A DNA stretch of 56,256 nt from a virus. Its lineage: Duplodnaviria; Caudoviricetes. This document shows, piece after piece, positions 1-7,365 of the stretch. The stretch is from positions 1 to 56,256 of the IMG/VR virus record IMGVR_UViG_3300042528_000130; one strand, written 5' to 3'. Within the stretch, counting starts at the first letter, position 1; every line of letters starts with the position of its first letter. Under the pieces are notes generated by a model that made no database searches, was not told the origin of the DNA, and worked only from the letters and a program-made list of their open reading frames with translations. Both the position numbers and the translations under genes were made by a program.

Positions 1-90
1 GCTTACCGACGGCCGAGCGTTCGTCTGCATCGCGAGTCTCCGGAAAAGAAAAGAAGCAGCGGAGAACAAGCGGACACGGTCTTGTAGCAC

Positions 91-318
91 CTAAAGCGAA
101 GTATCCGTGTCCTTCACTACCGCTGCTGAGCCATGAGTGTACGGACAAGAGAACCCGTCGCAAGACTTTTCGGGGCGCATGTTTTCGATGATCGCGGCTG
201 CTTCGAGAAGGGCCTGTCGCTGCTCTTCCTGAAACTTGGCCGCGAGGTCGATCCGCCCCTGCAAGTCTGTGCCGATCGAGTACGTCGCGAGTTCGCGGAG
301 CTTCTCTGGGGTGATCAT
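91..318 (-). CDS. hypothetical protein (MITPEKLRELATYS...)
   Basis: ATG at 318 overlaps the stop of the SPFH gene (ATGA coupling). Confidence 0.6.
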   Translation of the reverse strand: MITPEKLRELATYSIGTDLQGRIDLAAKFQEEQRQALLEAAAIIENMRPEKSCDGFSCPYTHGSAAVVKDTDTSL

Positions 319-1145
319 TTCTTCGCGTCTCCGAGCGACAGGAACGGAAGCGCCGAGCTGCCCGTGGCCTGCGGCAGCTTGCCGTCCCACCGTTCGAGCG
401 CCTTGTACTGGAGAAGCTCAGGACTCAGAGACTTCGTCAGCACGTCGTTCGCCTCGGCTTCTTTCTTGGCTGCGATGAGGCGAGCTTCTGACTCTCCTTC
501 GGCTTTCGCCTTCGCCTGCTCAGCCTCGGCCTCGATCTGACGGACTCGGTTTTCGGCTTCGAGAGCCCGCTGAGTCGCCGTGATGACTGCGTTGATCGAG
601 TTCTCGACCTGTGGATCTACGACGAGCTTGCCGACGATCGCGAGCGTATGGACGTTGATGCCGTACTCAGCAGATAGCTCTGCATTGAGAGCATCCTTGG
701 CCCTGTCCAGTAGACGCGACCGCTCCTGGCCGAAGATCGACGTCACGTCAAGAGACTCGCTCTGCCGGTTGATCTTGTCTCGAACCTGAGTGCGAAGAAA
801 CCCGTGCGAGATCGCGTCGGCGTCCTTTCTGAGCTTGTTGAACATCCTGGGGAGATACCCCTGGTCGAAGCTGTACTGAATTGCGACGTCGGCCTGAATC
901 GGCGCGCCGTTGCGGTCGTTGAACTGGATCGACTCTTCGCCAGTCCAGACGACGTTCTGCTCGTAGATGGGAAATTCGTAGATCACGGTCGTCCACGGGC
1001 TGTACCAGATTCGCCCAGGAGGCACGACGGCGTCGTCGATGCCCTTGTCCTGACCGTAGAGGTTCACCTTCACGCCGACATGCCCCGGCTCGACGTATCC
1101 GCAGCCAGCGAAGAGAAGCGAGAGAATAAGCAGTGCGCGTTTCAT
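315..1145 (-). CDS. SPFH/band 7 (prohibitin-like) lipoprotein
   Basis: Signal peptide with lipobox FAGC; VEPGHVGVKV..YG band-7 start; coiled-coil EAEAEQAKAKAEGE; C-terminal LQYKALERWDGKLP typical of phage SPFH proteins. Confidence 0.9.
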   Translation of the reverse strand: MKRALLILSLLFAGCGYVEPGHVGVKVNLYGQDKGIDDAVVPPGRIWYSPWTTVIYEFPIYEQNVVWTGEESIQFNDRNGAPIQADVAIQYSFDQGYLPRMFNKLRKDADAISHGFLRTQVRDKINRQSESLDVTSIFGQERSRLLDRAKDALNAELSAEYGINVHTLAIVGKLVVDPQVENSINAVITATQRALEAENRVRQIEAEAEQAKAKAEGESEARLIAAKKEAEANDVLTKSLSPELLQYKALERWDGKLPQATGSSALPFLSLGDAKK

Positions 1146-1318
1146 AGATTCCGAAATGCTCCGCGGAGGATGAGTGCGTTCGAGAAAAGAAAAGTCACGG
1201 CGACCGAGAACGCCTTGAGAAGAGCCAGATCAGACCTCTCATTGAGCGCCGAGATCAGGACGCTCGCAAGCGTGCAGTTCAGGGCGATGAGTCCCGAGAC
1301 GACGATAAGCGTCTTCAC
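1142..1318 (-). CDS. small 2-TM membrane protein
   Basis: GTG start after GGAGGAG, overlapping the upstream stop; two hydrophobic stretches. Confidence 0.6.
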   Translation of the reverse strand: MKTLIVVSGLIALNCTLASVLISALNERSDLALLKAFSVAVTFLFSNALILRGAFRNL

Positions 1319-1617
1319 GACTCCTCCTTCACAAACACGCCACTCGGCGAGAGATAGCCCTTCCTGTCTTTGATGACGTCGTACGCAGAGGCGAGGCACT
1401 GGTCGAGATTCAGGTCGTGCATCTCAGAGTAGATACACAGCGTGACAAGAACGTCACCGATGCCGTCGATGATTCCGGCTCGGTCGTGCTTGATCTCAGC
1501 GTCGGCGAGTTCGCCCAGCTCGCTCATCGTCTTCATGAGCTGCGCGTGCGTCGTGCTGTTGTCGAGGATCTTGCGGGCGTCTGCCCAGTTGAGAACTTGG
1601 TTGATCAAGTCTTGCAT
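1315..1617 (-). CDS. MazG-like all-alpha nucleotide pyrophosphohydrolase
   Basis: WADARKIL..QLMKTMSELGELA..DGIGDVLVTL..CLASAYDVIKDRKG. Confidence 0.85.
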   Translation of the reverse strand: MQDLINQVLNWADARKILDNSTTHAQLMKTMSELGELADAEIKHDRAGIIDGIGDVLVTLCIYSEMHDLNLDQCLASAYDVIKDRKGYLSPSGVFVKEES

Positions 1618-1619
1618 GT

Positions 1620-2009
1620 CTAGTCTCCTGCTTCTGTTGCTGGCAATGGCATCGGCATCCAGTGCGTGGGCGACGGGCTCACGCTCCATCCGTATTTCTT
1701 TCCCCAGTACTGCGCCGCGCTGACGTCCTGGCCGCGGCAGACAAGAACGACGTCGTCGCTCTTGGGCTTCGACTTCGACGCGGCGATCCACTTCTGCTTC
1801 TGCGATGAGCTGCCGAACCCCAGGGACTCGGCGACTTCTTCGGCGTCGGCGTGTCCGTACATGGACATATCGAGCGTCACCGCCGTCGGCCCGCCGTAGC
1901 CGTCGTGCGTGACAGACAGGCCAGTCACGGTCACGGCGGACGTCTGGTCAAATCGCGAGAGGGCTTCGACGACCGACGAGAGGGCAGATCGAGATCCGAG
2001 AACAGTCAC
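1620..2009 (-). CDS. DUF551-like protein
   Basis: C-terminal KWIAASKSKP..VLVC..PTHWMPMP motif. Confidence 0.7.
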   Translation of the reverse strand: MTVLGSRSALSSVVEALSRFDQTSAVTVTGLSVTHDGYGGPTAVTLDMSMYGHADAEEVAESLGFGSSSQKQKWIAASKSKPKSDDVVLVCRGQDVSAAQYWGKKYGWSVSPSPTHWMPMPLPATEAGD

Positions 2010-2341
2010 AGAATTTCTCCAGCCCTGACGGCATCGCAAACCCTGGCATGACCGGCGACAGCATCTGCATGAGACGTGTACCGTTCTTGGTACATGTCGG
2101 ACTCGCCGCCGAAGACCATCGTCTCCCAGAGGACATGCTCGCCGCGAAACGAGTGATCTATGCCGAGATAAACGGTCGAGACTTCGCAGTCGTCGAGGCT
2201 GTCTTTGCCGACGATGTATCCGACTGGAGTCCTGATCTCTTCATTGAGAGTCCCGAGCCACGCCGAGTATTCGAGCATGGAGTCGCACGGCACGGGCCGA
2301 TCGAAGTTCTCATCCAGCGTGTAGAAGCCGCAGTGCATCAC
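2006..2341 (-). CDS. conserved phage hypothetical protein
   Basis: VSTVYLGIDH..WETMVFGG..RY motif seen in phage small proteins; coupled start/stop. Confidence 0.7.
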   Translation of the reverse strand: MMHCGFYTLDENFDRPVPCDSMLEYSAWLGTLNEEIRTPVGYIVGKDSLDDCEVSTVYLGIDHSFRGEHVLWETMVFGGESDMYQERYTSHADAVAGHARVCDAVRAGEIL

Positions 2342-2808
2342 TGAACCTCTTTCATGAAGTCTCGAACGGCCGACATGAGCATCGCGTTGCTGCCGTTACT
2401 GCCGTCTCGCCAGAGTTTGCGGGCCGCGATCACAACACGGCGAGCCAGGACTTCTACCTTCTTCGTCGCGACAAGCTCGTCGCGGATCTGCCGTAGAAAA
2501 TCACTTGAGACCCCGACGCAGTCGCATCGTCCGCACGGATCGTTGTGGACGATCGCAGACTCCAGGCTCGCCATGAGCGAGGGCTGATCAGCATGTTTCG
2601 AGGCTGGGCCTCGCAGGGTCTCGATCAAGTCTGCCGCTTCGTTCGTGACTTGCGAGCAGACGGCACACGGAGTTGCGTTGCGGAGCTTGAAGACGATGTC
2701 GTCCTCGTCCGTTGGCTCTGGCTCCGGCCGAGATGGGATCGGCTTGAAGCCGAGCATCTCTTCGATCTGCTGGCGAGTCAGCGGCGGGATGTCGATTGAA
2801 GTCGGCAT
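2338..2808 (-). CDS. hypothetical protein
   Basis: ATG at 2808 after GGAG; DIVFKLR..EAADLIETLR phage small-protein motif. Confidence 0.6.
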   Translation of the reverse strand: MPTSIDIPPLTRQQIEEMLGFKPIPSRPEPEPTDEDDIVFKLRNATPCAVCSQVTNEAADLIETLRGPASKHADQPSLMASLESAIVHNDPCGRCDCVGVSSDFLRQIRDELVATKKVEVLARRVVIAARKLWRDGSNGSNAMLMSAVRDFMKEVQ

Positions 2809-3236
2809 TGGCACTCCGGATGGTGAAGGATCGAGTACGAGCCTCGCGAGAGAAACGGAGAGGGCAGGATGAACTTGTGTCCGTCGTGCGTAACGGTCAT
2901 GAGATACGCAGACGTGTCGCCGGACTTTGTTGCGAATGCCACCGACGGCACGATGAGGCCAATCAGCACGAACAGGATCGCGATCACGACAAGAGCCTCG
3001 ATTACCGTGACGCCAGTGCGGGATTTGCTCTTCTTGCCAGCGGCAGACCACGCCGCCGCGCGGCACAGCCAGCGGCCGAACTTCTTGAGCGCGACAGCAG
3101 ACTCCTGGCCGTCGTAGATGTCGAGCCCAGCGTCGACGATCCGCTCGCCGGTTTCTTCGTCGAGATGACACTCGCCCCTGGCTGCGTATGACAGGGTCGA
3201 GTCGCGGAACCTTCGAGGCTTGGGAATGTCAGGCAT
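2778..3236 (-). CDS. protein with internal prepilin-type cleavage/methylation motif
   Basis: KKSKSRTG|VTVIEALVVIAILFVLIGLIVPSV. Confidence 0.65.
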   Translation of the reverse strand: MPDIPKPRRFRDSTLSYAARGECHLDEETGERIVDAGLDIYDGQESAVALKKFGRWLCRAAAWSAAGKKSKSRTGVTVIEALVVIAILFVLIGLIVPSVAFATKSGDTSAYLMTVTHDGHKFILPSPFLSRGSYSILHHPECQCRLQSTSRR

Positions 3237-3423
3237 CTCTCTTGACCTCCATGACGAAGAACGTGCCGTCGGCGTAGGCTGCGAGATCGCACTGCAAGTC
3301 GAGCATCTCGGGCCTCAGCTCGATCATCTCTTTCGCTCGCGACCGCTGCGTGATCGCGAACTGCTTGCAGTCCTCGAAGTAGGCATGCACGGTGCCGTAT
3401 GACTTCTCGATGATGAGCTTCAC
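3229..3423 (-). CDS. hypothetical protein
   Basis: GTG start overlapping upstream TGA; in operon. Confidence 0.55.
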   Translation of the reverse strand: MKLIIEKSYGTVHAYFEDCKQFAITQRSRAKEMIELRPEMLDLQCDLAAYADGTFFVMEVKRDA

Positions 3424-3659
3424 TTCTTGACCCTCACGGAGATGTTCGTCTTTGCCCACACGGCAGAGACGATGTAGAGGCCGAGCAGAAGGCAGAGACC
3501 CTGGCGGTGCGTGATCTGAGGCAGGCCAAACACGTCCGGAACAGCCTGATTCCAGAGCCACATGAAGGCGTAGCTGCCAAGCGTGATCGTCGCGAATGAG
3601 ACGATCAGGAACGTGAGAGCCCATGCGATCGTGGCGCCGACCTGCGTTGGCGTGTCCAT
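3420..3659 (-). CDS. small membrane protein
   Basis: Two TM helices; WLWN..VP.VFGLP.IT..Q motif. Confidence 0.65.
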   Translation of the reverse strand: MDTPTQVGATIAWALTFLIVSFATITLGSYAFMWLWNQAVPDVFGLPQITHRQGLCLLLGLYIVSAVWAKTNISVRVKK

Positions 3660-3660
3660 A

Positions 3661-3873
3661 CTAATGCTTTGCTCCGTTGCGGCGGTCGATCTCTCGCTGG
3701 ACATACCAGAGAGCCTTCTTCAGGTCTTCGACGTCCTTACCCTTGTGGTCGCATCGCCACAGGTACTTGATCGCGTTGCCGATGTTAAACGGCATGTCCT
3801 CGACGACGTCGATGCACTCGATCCCCTTCGGATGCTCGTTGTAGTGCTTCGGGTGATTGACCGCTTCTGGCAC
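3661..3873 (-). CDS. DUF3310 family protein
   Basis: VNHPKHY..GIECIDV..FNIGNAIKYLWR..K..EDLKKALWY; start uncertain. Confidence 0.85.
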   Translation of the reverse strand: MPEAVNHPKHYNEHPKGIECIDVVEDMPFNIGNAIKYLWRCDHKGKDVEDLKKALWYVQREIDRRNGAKH

Positions 3874-4063
3874 GGCCTGGATTACCGGCGCGGTAGTGGA
3901 GGTGCGGTGCCACTCGTCTGAGGTCTTCGAGGCTGATGCCGACAAGGCGACCGCTTTCGCGACGGAATCCGACACCGGCTTTGCGGGCGGCGCGGGAGAT
4001 TGACGACGGAGAAGTGCCATACAGATCTGCTGCCTCGGCTGTCGTGAGAACTGTCTTGCTCAT
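3785..4063 (-). CDS. HTH DNA-binding protein (excisionase-like)
   Basis: LTTAEAADLYGTSPSSISRAAR; 3' end overlaps the DUF3310 gene. Confidence 0.65.
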   Translation of the reverse strand: MSKTVLTTAEAADLYGTSPSSISRAARKAGVGFRRESGRLVGISLEDLRRVAPHLHYRAGNPGRARSGQSPEALQRASEGDRVHRRRRGHAV

Positions 4064-4103
4064 TTGCAACGCCGTGGCGATTGTACGGACACGCTGAATC
4101 TCG

Positions 4104-4544
4104 TCAACGCTTTTTTCGTGGACGACCAGACGGCTTCTTCTTCGGGCGACGAGACGCGCCGAACTGGCGAGGCTGGCCCTTCTTCGAGCCTCGCTGCTCC
4201 AGGGCCTCGCGGTAGTTCTGCTCAGCGCTGGCTCGCGAGACTGCCCAGGCCTTCGGGTTTAATCTGAACCCGTTGAGCCTGCCGTCTGTGAGCATCCTGA
4301 TGACCATGCCGTCTGTGACGCACGTGATGTCGCACGCCTCTGGCACCGAGATCCACTTCGCGACCTCCTTCTCCCACTGAGCCTGGGAGAACTTCTCGCC
4401 CGTCAGGCTCTCGCGGCAGACAAGGATGCCCTTATTCGACATCTTCGCCGCCACGAGCTTGCCGGTCGCGATCCGCTTGAGAATCCCCTCGGGCGTGATT
4501 CCGGCTATCTCCGCCGCCTCGTTCACCGATATCGGACGGTGCAT
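4104..4544 (-). CDS. tandem HTH_17/MerR-like DNA-binding protein (excisionase/regulator)
   Basis: Two repeats, ISVNEAAEIAGIT..I..G.L and ISVPEACDITCVT..L..G.L; basic tail; divergent from the integrase. Confidence 0.8.
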   Translation of the reverse strand: MHRPISVNEAAEIAGITPEGILKRIATGKLVAAKMSNKGILVCRESLTGEKFSQAQWEKEVAKWISVPEACDITCVTDGMVIRMLTDGRLNGFRLNPKAWAVSRASAEQNYREALEQRGSKKGQPRQFGASRRPKKKPSGRPRKKR

Positions 4545-4591
4545 TTTCTGGCCCTCCTCTTTTGGGGTGTCCAGACAATAAGAGCAAGAAG

Positions 4592-4644
4592 AAGGGGCCG
4601 AATCAATTCGGCCCCTTGACTTCTAATGGCGGGGGCGCCATTCT
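4592..4644 (+). promoter_or_regulatory. sigma70-like promoter with overlapping operators
   Basis: TTGACT(4616)-N17-CATTCT(4639); perfect 12-bp IR AAGGGGCCGAAT-ca-ATTCGGCCCCTT at 4592-4617; IR AATGGCG/CGCCATT at 4625-4642. Confidence 0.6.
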
Positions 4645-4699
4645 ACCCGCAACGGAATTGGCCACGAATTCGTTTCGACCGAGAGAAAAGGAGTTCTCA

Positions 4700-4870
4700 G
4701 TGCAAACGGCATCTCTGGAAATCTCGACGGAGGATCAGCTCTACGTCTTGTCGGAAGCCCTGGACACTTTTCTTGAGTCTTGCGACCCAAGGCACTGGCG
4801 GGCTGTCGAAGCGGCGAAAGAACTGAACACCCAAGTGAACACGCTCAGAGAATCGTTGCGATCGAACTGA
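4700..4870 (+). CDS. small hypothetical protein
   Basis: GTG at 4700 after AAGGAG; lies downstream of the promoter. Confidence 0.55.
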   Translation: MQTASLEISTEDQLYVLSEALDTFLESCDPRHWRAVEAAKELNTQVNTLRESLRSN

Positions 4871-4962
4871 ATCGAGCCAGCACCGTTGGTCATTCATGCC
4901 CATGAGGGGTTTGATTACTCGGACGGAGCCGCATACTCCCCGTCACTACTAGGAGTTGCGCC

Positions 4963-5832
4963 ATGCTGGTCTCTGAGTTCTTTGAAAATTTCTATCGCCC
5001 GCTTCGGCTTCGAGGGCGAAGCATCCGGACGGTTCTTCTCTATCACAACACGATCAAGCAGTACGAGAAGTGGCTTGGCCGTCGCGCCGTGCTTGAAGAA
5101 GACTTGAACGACCTTCAAGTCTCCCGATACCTCGAACATCGGGCGTCGATCAGAAGCCCGCTCACGAGCGAGAAAGAGCGAACACAGCTCTGCGCTCTCT
5201 GGCGATGCGCGAGCGACCGCAGGCTTGTCGATCTTCGTCCGACCGTGCTGCCGACCGTTCGGGCTGCGAGAGTTCCGACATGCTGGACTGAAGAGCAGCT
5301 CCGGAGCCTCGTCACTGCGGCGAAGGCCGCGCCGGGGTATATCGGCGACGTTCCGGCAAGAATTTGGTGGCCCGCACTGATCCTGGCTCTTTTTCAGAGC
5401 GCTGAACGCATCGGCGCCATGCTCTCGGTGCGAAAAGAAGACTACGTGCGGCCTCGCATTCTCGTCTTGGCCGAATATCGAAAAGGCGGGCGATCCGACA
5501 AGCTGCACACGTTCACCGAGTCGACGTGCGAGCTTCTCGACGTCCTCAAGAAGTCCAACAACGGGCCTCGCCTGTTCGGCTGGCCGCAGGACTACGGATA
5601 CCTGTGGGCGAGATTCGGCAAGATTGTCGAGGCTGCTGGCCTCGAAGGCGGGCGGCGAAACAAGTTTCACAACCTAAGACGCTCGGCTGCGACTCACTAC
5701 AAGAAGCGAGGCGGAGATCCAACAGCGCTGCTTGATCACAGCTCGCCTCGCGTCACGAAGGCATATCTCGACCCCAGGATTTTGTACGACGGCCCAGCCG
5801 CGTGCGACGTCCTTCCGGATATCGCTAACTGA
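4963..5832 (+). CDS. int: tyrosine recombinase / phage integrase
   Basis: SAM-like N-terminus; catalytic R (ERIG), K (RKGG), HNLRR, LDH and Y (TKAY); RBS AGGAG. Confidence 0.9.
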   Translation: MLVSEFFENFYRPLRLRGRSIRTVLLYHNTIKQYEKWLGRRAVLEEDLNDLQVSRYLEHRASIRSPLTSEKERTQLCALWRCASDRRLVDLRPTVLPTVRAARVPTCWTEEQLRSLVTAAKAAPGYIGDVPARIWWPALILALFQSAERIGAMLSVRKEDYVRPRILVLAEYRKGGRSDKLHTFTESTCELLDVLKKSNNGPRLFGWPQDYGYLWARFGKIVEAAGLEGGRRNKFHNLRRSAATHYKKRGGDPTALLDHSSPRVTKAYLDPRILYDGPAACDVLPDIAN

Positions 5833-6157
5833 TCCACTCCGAGAGGTAGATCACGTCGAGGCCGAGATGCGTGGCAAGCTGCCACTCGATCCTGGCCCCG
5901 CCGGACTTCTCCCACCCCGGCAGCATCGCGATCGCGTCGGCATCGCACAGGGCCGACAAGTCGCGACGGAGGGCGTCTCGGAGAAACTCCTTCGAGACGC
6001 TCTCCGTCTTTGACGGATCGAAGCCGACGTCGCGGTCGAGCTGCGCCGGATTGATCACGTCGTGCCCGTGCTGCGTGAGCATCTCGGCCGCGGCGTCGAA
6101 CACAGGGAAGTTGAAGAGCGGCAGTCCTGTCATCGGGCCAGCGAGATAGGTCTTCAT
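5825..6157 (-). CDS. DUF4406 / nucleoside 2-deoxyribosyltransferase-like protein
   Basis: YLAGPMTG..NFP.F..VINPA..CDADAIAMLPGWEKSGGARIE. Confidence 0.85.
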   Translation of the reverse strand: MKTYLAGPMTGLPLFNFPVFDAAAEMLTQHGHDVINPAQLDRDVGFDPSKTESVSKEFLRDALRRDLSALCDADAIAMLPGWEKSGGARIEWQLATHLGLDVIYLSEWIS

Positions 6158-6768
6158 GCGTCGTTGTCCGCGATGGTGTAGTGCTTGGGATTCTTTCCGT
6201 CGTGAAGCTCCTTCAGTCGAGCCACGTGCGACGTCAGCTTCGCGATGAGTGCCGCATGCCCGCCCGCGACCTGACGGTCGTCGCGGAGCTTCCCGGCTGC
6301 GTCGCAGTCGACGAGGATCGCGAGGCACGCGAGAGCAGACGCGAGATGCGGAACGCCCTCTTCGTCGCACTCCGAGCCCTCGAACCATGCGGCAAGATGC
6401 CGTTGGCAGGCATCGACGTAGATCGACGCTCGAACGCCGACTTTTCGCCAGTTCGCCCGTCCGTACTTGAGGGCGCCGTTCAGGAGAGCGACCGAGCCCA
6501 TCGCGGTGGCCGTCGTCGGCCAGAGATGCAGCGGCAGCTTGGTCGAGCCGACCGTGTCCTTCGGGTTCTCATCGAAGACGCCAGCGAGCGGCTCGTCCAT
6601 TGGCAGAGACTTCTCGATCTCCTCCTGAATCTCGCGGTCTTCGTCCGTGTCGATTGCAGCCTCTCGGCTCCGGTTCCTGGCCTCGACGATCTGCCTGATG
6701 ATGTCGTTCGAGCCAGAGATGCTCGTGACGTGACCGCCTTCGACGGCCGTGATGGCTACTGCTGGCAT
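6154..6768 (-). CDS. dATP/dGTP diphosphohydrolase (DUF5664) domain protein
   Basis: NPKD.VGS.K.PLHL.P..GALKYGRANWR..RHL.AW.EG..D..GVPHLA.A. Confidence 0.85.
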   Translation of the reverse strand: MPAVAITAVEGGHVTSISGSNDIIRQIVEARNRSREAAIDTDEDREIQEEIEKSLPMDEPLAGVFDENPKDTVGSTKLPLHLWPTTATAMGSVALLNGALKYGRANWRKVGVRASIYVDACQRHLAAWFEGSECDEEGVPHLASALACLAILVDCDAAGKLRDDRQVAGGHAALIAKLTSHVARLKELHDGKNPKHYTIADNDA

Positions 6769-6814
6769 GTCCTCGCTCCATGAGTGGCGTGTGGAGGTTG
6801 GATTATCCAGACTT

Positions 6815-7096
6815 TTATTCAGGAGGCAAGAGCCTGTAGCCGAGCGACCAAAGAATTTTGGCGAGGTCGTGCGCGGCCTGAGTGACGGCTTCCTCCGAGA
6901 TCGTCGGGCCGAGAGTGCAGTGCAGTCCCTCGTGAAGCTCGCACTCAAGTCTTGACCGAGACTTGAGGTCTTCGTGGATCAAGACTTTGCGGTTCGCGTA
7001 CTCCGTCCAGCCGTCTGCGTTGCCCTTGAGCTTCGAGTATCGCCAGAGCCACTTGGCCTGCTCGATGCCTACTCGGAAGTGGTGGTCGCTCGCCAT
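6815..7096 (-). CDS. small HExxH (zincin-like) protein
   Basis: LHEGLH..EEAV..A..LW.LGY. Confidence 0.7.
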   Translation of the reverse strand: MASDHHFRVGIEQAKWLWRYSKLKGNADGWTEYANRKVLIHEDLKSRSRLECELHEGLHCTLGPTISEEAVTQAAHDLAKILWSLGYRLLPPE

Positions 7097-7365
7097 CTTG
7101 TCGAAAGCTCCCTGAGTCGGCCAGATACAATCCGAAAAAGACGCTTTCTCGCAAACCGTCGGCGGGCAGAAGGGGACATCATCGCGTAGCCGCCGACGCC
7201 CATGATCATCCTGTTCTGCAAGGAGATGCCCCACGCGTTCGCGGCAGATCTCCTGCCGTCGCACCCGCAGTCTTGTCCTGCGATGTACGTGACTCGGCTT
7301 TTTGTGATCCCGATGGCAGACAGGAATTTTCCGATCAAGTCTCCGACCGCAACCAGCCTCATCAC
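7069..7365 (-). CDS. conserved phage protein (GD..GI..DCGC..R)
   Basis: VGDLIGKFLSAIGIT..GQDCGCDGRR motif; follows the tail gene. Confidence 0.65.
   Translation of the reverse strand: MMRLVAVGDLIGKFLSAIGITKSRVTYIAGQDCGCDGRRSAANAWGISLQNRMIMGVGGYAMMSPSARRRFARKRLFRIVSGRLRELSTRWRATTTSE

Noticed and set aside
4963-5832. Integron integrase (IntI)
   Set aside because: It lacks the IntI-specific insertion before HxLR and is ~49 kb from the array, so it is treated as the phage integrase.
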